Source: Eledone cirrhosa (lineage: Eukaryota). Taken from it: DNA of 64,000 bases. Below the pieces are notes generated by a model, which was not told the origin of the DNA, ran no database searches, and saw only the letters and a list, made by a program, of their open reading frames with translations. Of this stretch, positions 40,527 through 52,790 are shown piece after piece. Made by a program: the position numbers and the translations under genes. The stretch covers positions 3,844,001 to 3,908,000 of the forward strand of contig OZ024750.1 of the NCBI GenBank assembly GCA_964016885.1, read 5' to 3'. Within the stretch, counting starts at the first letter, position 1. Every line of letters starts with the position of its first letter.

Positions 40527-41625
40527 ACACATGTGTGAATGTGTATGTATATTTATACATATGCACATATCTATGTATATATACGCACACGCACATATAT
40601 ATATATATGGACACATTATATATGTGTGAATATATATATTTATATATATATATATATATATTCACACACGACGGGCTTCAGCAACTGTGTGAGTTCAAAT
40701 CCCGTCGAGGTTAACTTTGCCTTTCATCCTTACGGGGTCCATAAATAAAGTACCAGTCACGCACTGGGGTCGATTTAATCGACTTTCCCCTCCCCCCAAA
40801 TTACTAACCTTGTGCCTGTACTAGAAATCTAGGTAATTGCTGGCCTTGTGCCAAAAGTAGAAACAATTGTTGTTGTTGTTGTCCCCATTTTCAATTATCA
40901 TTGGAGCGGAGTTGTTCAGATAAAATATGAAATGAATGTCATGTAAAACTAACGTATGCTATACACGGAAGATTGTGAACATATAAATTAAAACGTAATA
41001 TAAATGTATATATAACAATCGTCCATTTTTTTAAAACGTTTGTGTAGCCACAAGTCTAGGACACAATCGGTAGTAAAGTGTGTAGGTGAATAATTCTACT
41101 GTATTGAGCTCAATCTGGTACAAAATATACTAATAGCTATACACACGAGTGACTTGTGTTGATAAAATGCTAGGACAGATACACACTTGAATGGTTGAAT
41201 GAATGCAATGCGTAGGTAAAAGAAAATCAGATAGAACCGTGACTATGAAAAGAAAACAAACATATACACCAGTTGAATCAATATTCAACCAACTGTGAAA
41301 CATTTTACGATCTTTCAAATATACGAGTTGGAAGTTTTATCAATAAATACCAGCTCTCTACTTTCGTTTTTTTTGTTGTTGTTGTAAATTTCGACACCAA
41401 TAAACTTAAAGAATAGGTTATTAACTAGATAACAAGATTAGTCAGTGTAAGTTAGTTATATATATATATACTAACATATACACACACATATATATATATA
41501 TGTATATACGTGTGTGTGTTCTCTCTCTCTCTATGTATACATAGTTGAAAATGAACGAACAAAAGACAGGAGGCAATTGTACATAGTTAGGTTCACGCTT
41601 GGAGGAAGTGGAGGAGATGTCAACG

Positions 41626-41678
<53 letters not shown>

Positions 41679-41699
41679 CACACACCATGTTGCTCTCAA

Positions 41700-41950
41700 T
41701 GAGATCATAAAGCATGGCTTGGACGCTTTCCGATAGGTTTGTGGTCGAACCTGTAGCTGTGGAGACTTCTGGCGTTCTTGGCCCCCGGACCACATCCCTA
41801 CTCATTACTATCGGGGTGGAGTTGTCCCCTGCTACTACTGGAGCAAGCCCCCCACCATTTGGAATGGCTATTCCAACACATCTCCCTCGCCATCCTCTGA
41901 AGCAATGTTTTCTTCATTCTGTCCTCTGCTGGGACCACGAGGTGGTGTAC
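41700..41950 (+). mobile_element. Degraded CRE-clade 3' fragment
   Basis: LSDRFVVEPVAVETSGVLGPRTTSLLITIG, homologous to the 49300 copy. Confidence 0.65.
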
Positions 41951-43265
41951 ACATGGGCTCCCACACATCGGAGAACGCCCCTCAACTTCACCCAGACCTG
42001 TACTGTCAACTTATAACTTTCCTCTTTTCTTTTTCTTATAACTCATCAATAAACAGATATAGCTATATTTTAAGGAACTTAAAGAGTTATCGCGTGTTTC
42101 GTACATAATCTGATTACAATCAATATATGCATTATCAATCGCCTTTGTTCGCAAATGGAATCTTGTTATTTCTACAGAAGAACTAAATAGCACAGAGCAA
42201 TTGAAAGCGGAGGGATTTTCATTCAAGTATTTATTTATAATTTCTAAACATAGAGATATACATATTTGAAAGAATTACATTCGTACAACAGTCGTTTATT
42301 CTTAACATTTCTTTAAAATAAAAGTTTATTCATTCTTCTTATTGTTTTTTTCCTATACATACCTTTATAACTTGTACCTTTTATTCTACGGTTATTGTGC
42401 TTTTGTTGGTATCTTTTTGTATGTTTCAATAGACATGTCTATGTTTGCAAAGCGATCGTAGATAAACCATGTCACGGTACACAGTGAATCAGTTATTTTA
42501 AACTAATACAGACTTCAGTTAATCCGATTAGTTGAACTTTTAAGACGATTCAGAAAGCATGCAAGCATTGTCCTTGACAGGTTATTCACATCCAATCGTT
42601 CTCAACCTGCAGACACTAGATGGATTTCCTCTCTTTCCAGTAATGGAAGCTTAAATAGGTTGAACATCAGAGCAAAATTGAATCCTGGTTCCTAAGTGCA
42701 CATAATGAGGTTTATATTGTTTGTTCCCAAAACTGTAATTTTTTTTAGTTGGAAGGATTAGAAGAATTTCACAAGACTATAACAGAGGTTGGTGTGTAAT
42801 GATACCGTTCATTGGAGATTTCTACCGCTTTAAAATGGCTTCCAGGCAAACAGTTTCTCTTATTTTGTGCTTGTCAAGTCTCATTTCGGAGCAAAACATT
42901 GTGAAAAACTTTCATTATATCTTTCATTAAATATCAAATGAAGAATGAGTGAAAATACGAGGATATAGCTTCAGGGTATCATGATACTCAAGAAAAGCTG
43001 AATCATCTCTTGGAAATAACTGAAACCAAACGTTTCTCACTATCCCAGTAGAGACTCCACCACTGGCTCACATGTCCCTTTCAGATATAAAACAAATAAG
43101 GCGAGGAAAAGATAATATTCAGCTAAATCGGTAGAGAGCCTGATAACTTGTTGCACTATTTAGATATAACCTTTTATGTTGAGAGTTTAAATCAACCATT
43201 GGACAGCTTTGGTCAGCTTTTCATCTTTCCAGTTTACATAAAATATGCACTAGTCAATTAATCGA

Positions 43266-43307
<42 letters not shown>

Positions 43308-43443
43308 CTATATATATATATATATATATATATATCTATATATATATAAAGTGTGTGTAATATATACAAAATGTGTAGTCTTGTGCTAATGCTAGGAATC
43401 AATACTAAGGACAGAAAAAGATCGCCTCATTCCATATACACAA

Positions 43444-43497
<54 letters not shown>

Positions 43498-44982
43498 GTA
43501 GACACAAACAGTACCAACACAACACAAAACAAAAAGAGAAATGTTAAACGATCTGAAACGAAAGTATTTCACTTCAATGAACAACCATACGCAAATCACA
43601 ACTTCTGGCTTATCAGCAATGTACCAAAAACAACAACAAAACAAAAACACACTGCAATAAAAAAAAAAAAAATAACAAAAACCCCAAACGAAAAACAATT
43701 GCAGTTCCTTTGTTCACAAAAAAACTAAAAAAACAACAACAAAAACAAAAACACGAAAATATAAAACAAAAATTAATATAAAAAAAATTCTATAAAAAAT
43801 ATTGCAAAACTCATCTAATTTGTTTTTCAATCTGACATGTTTTTTTGGGAGGCAAGACAAAGGTTTGTGTTGGAATTATATCAGCTATTAAGCTTGACTA
43901 GGTCATCATTTTAAATGGTGTTTCTGACGAAGCAAATAGCAGACGTTATCCCTTATTTGCTGCTCTCCAGATATTTCCAATATAGATTGTTTAGTAATTG
44001 GTAAAAAGAAAAGGAAAAAGTGTGGAAAAGCGTAAATAACCTTTTTTTTTTTTTTTTTTGCCAAATGTGAAGAAATGAATTATATTTACCGATATCATTG
44101 TTGTAGAATTGTTGCACACTCGCATACATATACACACACACATACGTATACATGCACACATATATATATAAACACTTTCACACACATTTACTCACACACG
44201 TATGCATACACACACACACACATATGTATGAATGTATATATATGTGTGTTTGTATATGTATGTATGTATGTGTATATGTAGGTATGTGTGTGTATGTGTG
44301 TGTATTGTAATTGTAAATAACTATTAAAGTCTTCACTACACGCCTGTAGAATCATTTCTATATGTGTATAGGTAAACATATTTATGTGTAAGTTGAGCAT
44401 AGTTGTTTCATACACACACACATTAGATACTTAAAGTTTGTTTACACTTCTGAATAACTTTCAGAGTTCTTATCTAACAGGGATCGATGCCAATTTCATC
44501 GATAAGAAATGGGAGGGGGGGGGGGATTGAAATCAAGAATTGGACAGATTTTGAACTTGGAACAGCTCCGAACTTAAGATATACCTTGCTCTATATAGAA
44601 TGTAAACTAAATCTACTACTACTACACGGTTTTGTGAATAGCTGTGAACCATTTTGTCCGACGCTCTACCGATTCTGCCAATCTAATGTCTCCCCCTCCC
44701 CTTTAAAATAAATTAATGATTTCTAATCTAGGCACAAGGTCTGCAAGTTGGGAGGGGGTGGTGGTAAAGTTGATTATATCGACTCCAGTACTTTACTGGT
44801 ACTTTTTATCGACCCCCAGAAGGATGAAAGGCAAAATTGACCTCAGTGAGATTTGAACTCCCAATGTAAAGACCCTGAACAAATAGCACGATGCATTTCA
44901 CCCAACGATCTAACGATTCTGCCACTCCACCGCCATTTTATGCCACTCGTTCTTTCAAATCACTTTATCTGAACAACCACAT

Positions 44983-45177
44983 CAGGGCGGTGGATTGGCA
45001 GTATCGGTAGAGGGTCGGACGCCATGTTTTCCAGCATAGAGTTACGGCCCTTTATGGTCTGAGTTCAAATCCCACCGAGGTTAATTTTGCCTTTCATCCT
45101 TACGGGGTCGATAAAATAAAGTACCAGTAATGCTCTGGGATAATTGCTGGCCTTGTGCCTAAAGTAGAAACAATTAT
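44983..45177 (+). mobile_element. tRNA-derived SINE family A (octopus OR-type), representative full copy
   Basis: A box TGGCAGTATCGG, B box GAGTTCAAATCC, body GCCTTTCATCCTTACGGGGTCGATAAAATAAAGTACCAG, tail GGCCTTGTGCCTAAAGTAGAAACAATT. About 25 full or partial copies, e.g. 1-100, 717-905(-), 5570-5780, 20968-21080(-), 27730-27930, 28065-28252(-), 31420-31635(-), 33577-33795, 35825-35970(-), 39030-39185, 44715-44935(-), 47207-47390(-), 53455-53567, 55745-55960(-). Confidence 0.8.
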
Positions 45178-45854
45178 TTACAACTATATCTAGAATCTAT
45201 TGAAATCCACAGTTCAACAACCAATACTCTGAGATTTACAAGATGTTGATTCCAGTCAAGTCTATGAGATGTCTTCTTTGAACAATCCCAGTTCAATTCT
45301 AAAGTCGTTTTATCAGTTTCATTAGTTTTTTTGTATAATCTTGCTAAGAGCTCAAACAGTACCTCAGATCCCGGGGGTCATTTCAAAGTTACGAACGCAG
45401 TTCCTCCTTTCTTCAAGACAAACAAAATCAATGGAAAAAGAAGTCTGATGCTGTTTTCTTCTTCTTCTTCTTCTTCTTCTTCTTCTTCTTCTTCTTCTTC
45501 TCAGTGTCTTGCCTACCTCTGCCCATGTTTAAATTTAAATATATATTCACGTGTATTCTTTTGATAATCCCAGTTCAATTATAAATTCATTGATTTGTGT
45601 TGTATTGTCAGATTATTCCTTCCTCCCTTCTTGTTGTTGTTACTGTTGTTCCCCCCGCCCCCACGCCGTATTATCCAGCAACCATGTAGAGCAGTATTAA
45701 TTTATTTTTCATCTACAAAAAGTCGTAAAAACAAACAGCACGGTTTATATTGCTGAATTGATATCCTTCAAGATGTTATGCAAATAACTAATGAAAGATA
45801 CTAATTCTAAAAGTATAAGGCCATTAAAATACTGCTAGCATGAACGTTCTCTCA

Positions 45855-46490
45855 TGGATTGGCAGTATCGGTAGAGGGTCAGACGCCGTGCTTTGCAGCA
45901 TAGAGTTACGGCCCTTTATGGTCTGAGTTCAAATCCCGCCATGGTTAACTTTGCCTTTCATCGTTACGGGGTCGATAAAATAAAGTACCAGTAATGCACT
46001 GGGATAATTTCTGGCCTTGTGCCAAAAGTAGAAACAATTATTTTCTTTTATAAGATGGTCGATTGGCAGAATCGGTAGAGCGTCAGACATCATGCTTTGT
46101 GGCATATAGTTACGGCCCTTTACCGTCTGAGTTCAAATCCCGCCGAAGTTAGCTTTGTCTTTCTTCCTTAAGGAGTCGATAAAATAAAGTACCAGTGATA
46201 CACTGGGTCAATTTAATCGACTTTCCCTTCCCCGCAAAATTGTTGACCTTGTGCCTAAATCAGAAGCAATTATTTTCTCTTATAAGGTAGTGGACTGGCA
46301 ATATCGGCAGAGTGCCGGACAACATGCCTTGTGGCATATAGATACGACCATTTATGTTCTGAGTTCAAATCTCGCTGAGGTTAGCTTTGCCTTTCATCCT
46401 TACAGGCGTCGATAAAATAAAATACCAGTAATGCACTGGAGTCGGTTTAAAGGACTTTCCCCTCTCCCAAATATTTCTGTCCAAAAACCC
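45855..46490 (+). mobile_element. Three head-to-tail SINE family A copies
   Basis: Copies start at about 45857, 46053 and 46285; two are joined by a similar TATTTTCT.TTATAAG linker. Confidence 0.75.
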
Positions 46491-47489
46491 TTATTATTTT
46501 CTCTTAAAAGTTCCATTTTAGTAACGTGGAATAAGACGTTAGTTACTTTTGTTATTCTCGTACATGGATAACGTTTTGCTGTTGTTGAGAGAACGGTTGG
46601 TGGTCCTTGTTTAGTGATTAGAGAACTGTTTACATGGAAAACATCGTATATTATTAACAGTGTTTATTATTTTGGTGTCTGCTTTTTCTTTTCTTTAAAC
46701 TTTCCCCATCTCAACTATAGTATATTATACACTATGTACTGTGCAGCAAATGTATTTCAATATCGAAATATATCCGTGTTTATTTAAGAAATATAAAAAT
46801 CATATCTCTTGCATTCATTTAAATTGCTTCGTAGAATAAACAGAAAAATAATCTTATTTAATTAAAAATTAAGTTGTCGGCGAACTTATTTCCTGACCCG
46901 ATCTCATTCTCAATTGTGAATTTCACTTGCGTCATAAATGTCTTTGTAAAAGGTATAAACGCCACAATGCTCAATTTCCTCTCCTACAAATCCCAGGCAT
47001 TGTGTCTAATCGGAAAAACAGCGGGAATCTACTTAAATGTTTTTTTTTTTTCACTGAATAGCTATGACATAGTCATAGCAAAAATAAGAAACGTCGGGAA
47101 GGAGATTTGCTATAAAGATATAAAGTTATAATTAGCAGTAGTACTAACATAGTGTGGTTCATAAAAGAGAGGTGTATAGGACGGTATATATGATATGTTT
47201 ATGCATAATTGTTTCTACTTTTAGCACAAGGCCAGCAATTATCCCAGTGTATTACTGGTACTTTATTTTATCGATCCCGAAAGGATGAAAGTCAAAGTTA
47301 ACCTCGGCGGGATTTGAACTCAGACCATAAAGGGCCGTAACACTTTGCTGCAAAGCATGGCGTCCGACCCTCTTCCAATCCACCGCCCTGTATAATAACC
47401 ATACAAGAGTCTCACTATGAATATTTTAAGCGATGATTATGTCACAGCTACCTCAGTAACCGTGTGAGAACGTCAGAAAAAAGATGAAA

Positions 47490-47830
47490 TTGCTCGTTCA
47501 CGATCGACTTGGAGACTAAACAACCACTACCACTAATCGATGGACAGATTTTACGGGCAAAACCAACCGGCAAGAGACCCAGAGGTAGAACCCGAGCAAG
47601 ATGGTTGGATAAACATCCATGAGCTTGGCTGGTCACGCTTGGGGATCCAACCAGAGGATCCGCCGGAAGGAACGTTTGAGGACTCTGCCCTCACGACCCT
47701 CTCAGGAACGCTTGGGGATCCATCCAGATCATTCGGAGACGGCTGCTTCTGACAGGACCCGCTGAAAGGAGTGTTTGAGGACTCTGACGCCATGACACTC
47801 TCAGGAATAAGTGAGCGAAGAAGAAGAAGA
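47490..47830 (+). mobile_element. RTE-type LINE 3' end (related copies at 3240-3370 + and 23855-24040 -)
   Basis: PTGKRPRGRTRARWLD.IHELGWSRLGIQP... ending in (GAA)n; the same sequence occurs in the DYNLT and SYF2 introns. Confidence 0.55.
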
Positions 47831-48257
47831 AGATATCAGTGAAGACGTTGGTATATTACTACAAATATATCGGGTGGAAAGTTGTAGCGATTCTTAGAGG
47901 CTATATTTTCATAGAATACCACGTGATTGCTGATATTTACATCTCTGCAGAAGATTTGGCAGAAGGTATCTCAAACTGGTTAATAACTCTAGATAATATT
48001 TTCTTAGTAGAAAAAGTTCTTTGATAGAAACGAGACTAAACAGTAGTTTGACCTTTCAGTAGAAATTAACGAAATATGGTTCTGCCATGTCTTACAAAAG
48101 GATCGTTTGCCAAAGCAAAGTAATCGTACCTCACATTGATGGTGGTACATTTAGGAAACCTGTTATACAGAGAAGTAAATTTTGGCAACGATAATACCAG
48201 ATTGTAGAAATAACCTAACCGTCGCCAACTTTCACCTTTTCTCGGTACAAAATTCCA

Positions 48258-48311
<54 letters not shown>

Positions 48312-48349
48312 TGTGTCTGTGTCTATATATATCCACATCCACACACACT

Positions 48350-48445
<96 letters not shown>

Positions 48446-48639
48446 TATATATATGTATATAGTGGAGGTGTTAGGGGTGTATATATATATATATATGTGT
48501 CTGTTTGAGTGTATATATAATATATATCCATACACACACATATATTTATAAATATAGTGGAGGTGTTGGGGGTGTATGTATGTATGTATGTATGTATATA
48601 TATATATTTACACACACATATATATATGTATATCTATAT

Positions 48640-48696
<57 letters not shown>

Positions 48697-48768
48697 TGTA
48701 TATTTTGTCTGGAAGTTTGTACCAAGAAAAGGTGAGAGAGAGCTGTGTAGACAGACACTGTAACTGCG

Positions 48769-49247
48769 TCAGATGGACTCTGCCAACCATTGAATGTACC
48801 ACCCCGTTACACTGAATCAGATGGACTCTGCCAACCATTGAATGTGCCACCCCGTTACACTGAATCAGATGGACTCTACCAACCATTGAATGTACCACCC
48901 CGTTACACTGAATCAGATGGACTCTACCAACCATTGAATGTACCACCCCGTTACACTGAATCAGATGGACTCTGCCAACCATTGAATGTGCCACCCCGTT
49001 ACACTGAATCAGATGGACTCTACCAACCATTGAATGTACCACCCCGTTACACTGAATCAGATGGACTCTACCAACCATTGAATGTACCACCCCGTTACAC
49101 TGAATCAGATGGACTCTACCAACCATTGAATGTACCACCCCGTTACACTGAATCAGATGGACTCTACCAACCATTGAATGTACCACCCCGTTACACTGAA
49201 TCAGATGGACTCTACCAATTCTATCAAGAACCACCCCCGTTACACTG
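48769..49247 (+). repeat. 48-bp minisatellite, 9 full copies plus a partial one
   Basis: Unit TCAGATGGACTCTRCCAACCATTGAATGTRCCACCCCGTTACACTGAA. Confidence 0.95.
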
Positions 49248-49299
49248 GTGGTGGTGGGGTTATAAAAGCCATCGCAGTGACATCAGTTCACTATAAACT

Positions 49300-49635
49300 G
49301 CCACTTGCACCGACACTTTCTGCAGCTGCAACCTGGTGCAGTCTGCGACTAACCCAGGTTCTGCTGCATGTCGGGCCGAGGAGGCCAAACTCCTCAAATA
49401 CCGGTCGCTCTCCGATAGGTTTGCGGTCGTACCCTTGGCAGTGGAGACTTCTGGTGTCCTCGGCCCCAGGGCTACCTCCCTACTCACCACCATAGGCACT
49501 GAGCTGGCCAGCCGCAGGTGTGCGCCCCGCGAGTTGGAATGGCTTTTCCAGCGCGTCTCCCTTGCCGTCCTCCGAGGAAACGCCTTCTCTATTCTGTCGG
49601 CCGGGGTTGTGGGGGTGACAAGTCGATTGTTGTAG
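49300..49635 (+). mobile_element. CRE-clade non-LTR retrotransposon, 3' fragment (restriction-like endonuclease region)
   Basis: Open frame ATCTDTF...GSAACRAEEAKLLKY...VPLAVETSGVLGP...WLFQRVSLAVLRGNAFSILS, the typical CRE C-terminus. Confidence 0.75.
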
Positions 49636-49689
49636 GTAGTGTCGTTATTATTGCTAGTGTTGCCATAATCAGCATTGTGCCATCTCTCT

Positions 49690-50655
49690 ATATATGTTTA
49701 TAACAAACTCTCTCTCTATATATATGTTTATAACAATGTATTTGAGTAGAGAGAGCTTATCAAACTCTCTCTCTCTCTATATATATGTTTATAACAATGT
49801 ATTTGAGTAGAGAGAGCTTATCAAACTCTCTCTCTCTATATATATATGTTTATAACAATGTATTTGAGTAGAGAGAGCTTATCAAACTCTCTCTCTCTCT
49901 ATATATATGTTTATAACAATGTATTTGAGTAGAGAGAGCTTATCAAACTCTCTCTCTCTATATATATATGTTTATAACAATGTATTTGAGTAGAGAGAGC
50001 TTATCAAACTCTCTCTCTCTCTATATATATGTTTATAACAATGTATTTGAGTAGAGAGAGCTTATCAAACTCTCTCTCTCTCTATATATATATATGTTTA
50101 TAACAATGTATTTGAGTAGAGAGAGCTTATCAAACTCTCTCTCTCTCTATATATATATATGTTTATAACAATGTATTTGAGTAGAGAGAGCTTATCAAAC
50201 TCTCTCTCTCTCTCTATATATATGTTTATAACAATGTATTTGAGTAGAGAGAGCTTATCAAACTCTCTCTCTCTATATATATATATGTTTATAACAATGT
50301 ATTTGAGTAGAGAGAGCTTATCAAACTCTCTCTCTCTATATATATATGTTTATAACAATGTATTTGAGTAGAGAGAGCTTATCAAGCTCTCTCTCTCTCT
50401 ATATATATGTTTATAACAATGTATTTGAGTAGAGAGAGAGCTTATCAAACTCTCTCTCTCTATATATATATGTTTATAACAATGTATTTGAGTAGAGAGA
50501 GCTTATCAAACTCTCTCTCTCTATATATATATGTTTATAACAATGTATTTGAGTAGAGAGAGCTTATCAAACTCTCTCTCTCTATATATATATGTTTATA
50601 ACAATGTATTTGAGTAGAGAGAGCTTATCAAGCTCTTTCTCTCTATATATATATT
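49690..50655 (+). repeat. Minisatellite of about 61 bp (about 15 copies) with internal (CT)n(AT)n length variation
   Basis: Unit ATGTTTATAACAATGTATTTGAGTAGAGAGAGCTTATCAAA(CT)n(AT)n. Confidence 0.95.
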
Positions 50656-51155
50656 TCCCCCAAAGAAGCTTTCTTGCACTACTAAAAGTTCGAAAACAAG
50701 AAATTTATAAAAGATATGAGATGTTTTATCAATATATCTGATATATACCAATGATTTCTATTCAAAGGAGGAGTAATATTTTCAGTCAGACGTGTCAGAG
50801 ATACGGTGGTGCCGATGATGGTGGTGGTGCTGGTGAGGAGGAAGAATGACAAAATGGGGCAAAGTTTTCACGGTCTGATGACTTTTGGAAGGATTTATGT
50901 TGAACTTCTGTTATCACATGTAGGATATTGCGGTGGTCTTCTGAATATCGTATGGATATCATCATGTCTCTTTTCTTCTGGATTGGTTGCTTTCATCTGC
51001 CTGGTAACTATAGCGACAGTGGCAGCACTGTGATGGATGAGGTTGAAATGGCAAAGGACAGGACTTTTCATCTTCGACTAAATCCTCATCAATTTCTTTA
51101 AGTAGTAGTACTTGAACAGAAAGGGTGAATGAAGGGAGAGAGAGAGAGAGTTAAT

Positions 51156-51238
<83 letters not shown>

Positions 51239-52329
51239 TGGGGTCAACACTGGCAGTTAACTGTGTGTGTGTGAGAGAGAGAGAGTTAACTCTGGCAGTT
51301 AATGGAAAAAGAGTTAACCCTGCCATCATGATTAACGAAAAAGCATTAGTCGGTGTTGATTTCCAATATTGGTAGAAGGCGTTAGTTAGACTTGGAAGGA
51401 GATATGTGATATTTATGTTTTCCCTATATTAACGATATAATCATTTATTTATAAGAAAACAAAAGGAAAAACCACACAAAACCAATGGTGACATGAAAAA
51501 TTTATCTATACATTATGAGTGTAGATAAAATGTTAAAATCACAATCAAAATCTCCATTTAATCATTTATTTTGGTTCAGAAATTAATAAAGAACTATTAA
51601 GCCTTTCATTTAGTTGTTAAAAAATATGCTAAGGCCTGTAGCGTCCTCCTATCTTAGCAATAAAACTTATGTAAATGTGGTACAAATATATTATTGTATA
51701 ACTCCGAATATGCCCTGGTCCAGTGGATTCATGATCAAGGGCGATCATATAAGAAGGGCCACACTGTGTCCTTATTTACGGCAATAGGGCGAGGGTTGTG
51801 AGATATTTGGCAGAACAACTAGAAACTAGTTGTGTTCTGTCTGTCATTTACTTTAAAGATGAAAAAATAAATATATCTCAATATGATGCAAAAGTGGAGG
51901 AATTTTAATTCGTTTACAACCAGTTTTTTCCCCCAACAATCCATCACTTATTATTTCTCTCCCCTTAAGGTCATACATTGGATAAAGTCTAAAGCTTTCT
52001 AATATTAATACGGAATTAATAGGATTAAACTGGATTTATATATATTTTTGTTGTTATTTTGCATAGAAACTTTATATTAAATTTAGATTAATGAGTTGTT
52101 TTCGTCATTAAATTTATAAATGGATTTAATTTAAGCTCCAAGCGAGATGAATTTAAGCGTATATATTTTCAAAGAGTTATTTTATAGTATTTATTAATTT
52201 TAGAAATTGAAGATCCGCTTGAAATTTAAATTTTGTTTTTAAATCAAGTTTGTGATAAACAAATACACCCAGAGCTTAATACGATTGCGTTTTAGATTTA
52301 TTAAATTATTTCTGTAACGAGAGCAGAAG

Positions 52330-52790
52330 ATTGGGAAAGCAACCCCAGCCAACCACCGAGGAACAGCAGACCTGTCGACTGTCCCCGTCCGACGGGGAGA
52401 TCTCCCACCCACTTTGGGGTGGGTGAGAGATGTCTTCTCTTGTGAAAATAGGTATAGCTTTCATTATGTAAAATCTCCCCATTTTGCCTCATTTTTCCAT
52501 CGTTTTGGGGGCACCTTTTTCCATGGTACTCCTTGTCCATCTCAGTTGTAATCATTACCAGAACCTATAAAAAATACCGGAACACACTTGACCACACTTG
52601 ACCACCGGTTGCCGTCGAGATGTGAGGTGTCCTCGGACTCCGTAAAGCTGAGCACCTCCGTAAAACCGGAACGTCAGAAGCCCGAGAGGGGTGGGGTGGC
52701 TGTTGCAGCGGGTGTCGCTGGCCATTGTCCATGGAAATGCCTTCGCAGTTGTGTCCGCGGGGCGCAGCCGAAACACTTCTCCGACCTAGG
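52330..52790 (-). repeat. Unclassified GC-rich interspersed repeat
   Basis: Segments match 655-716 plus 907-1020 (+), 28295-28350 (-) and 30530-30650 (+), e.g. GGACAATGGCCAGCGACACCCGCTGCAAC. Confidence 0.6.

Noticed and set aside
45349-45460. ELKQYLRSRG SAP-like peptide in one frame
   Set aside because: Short similarity only; the frame runs into (TTC)n and has no splice support.
46874-47131. Exon-like unique sequence on either strand
   Set aside because: Could not be joined in phase to neighbouring candidate exons and has no recognisable product.
48608-49234. 208-aa minus-strand ORF (MVGRVHLIQCNGVVHS)n
   Set aside because: Antisense reading of the 48-bp repeat that runs into a microsatellite; no motif support.
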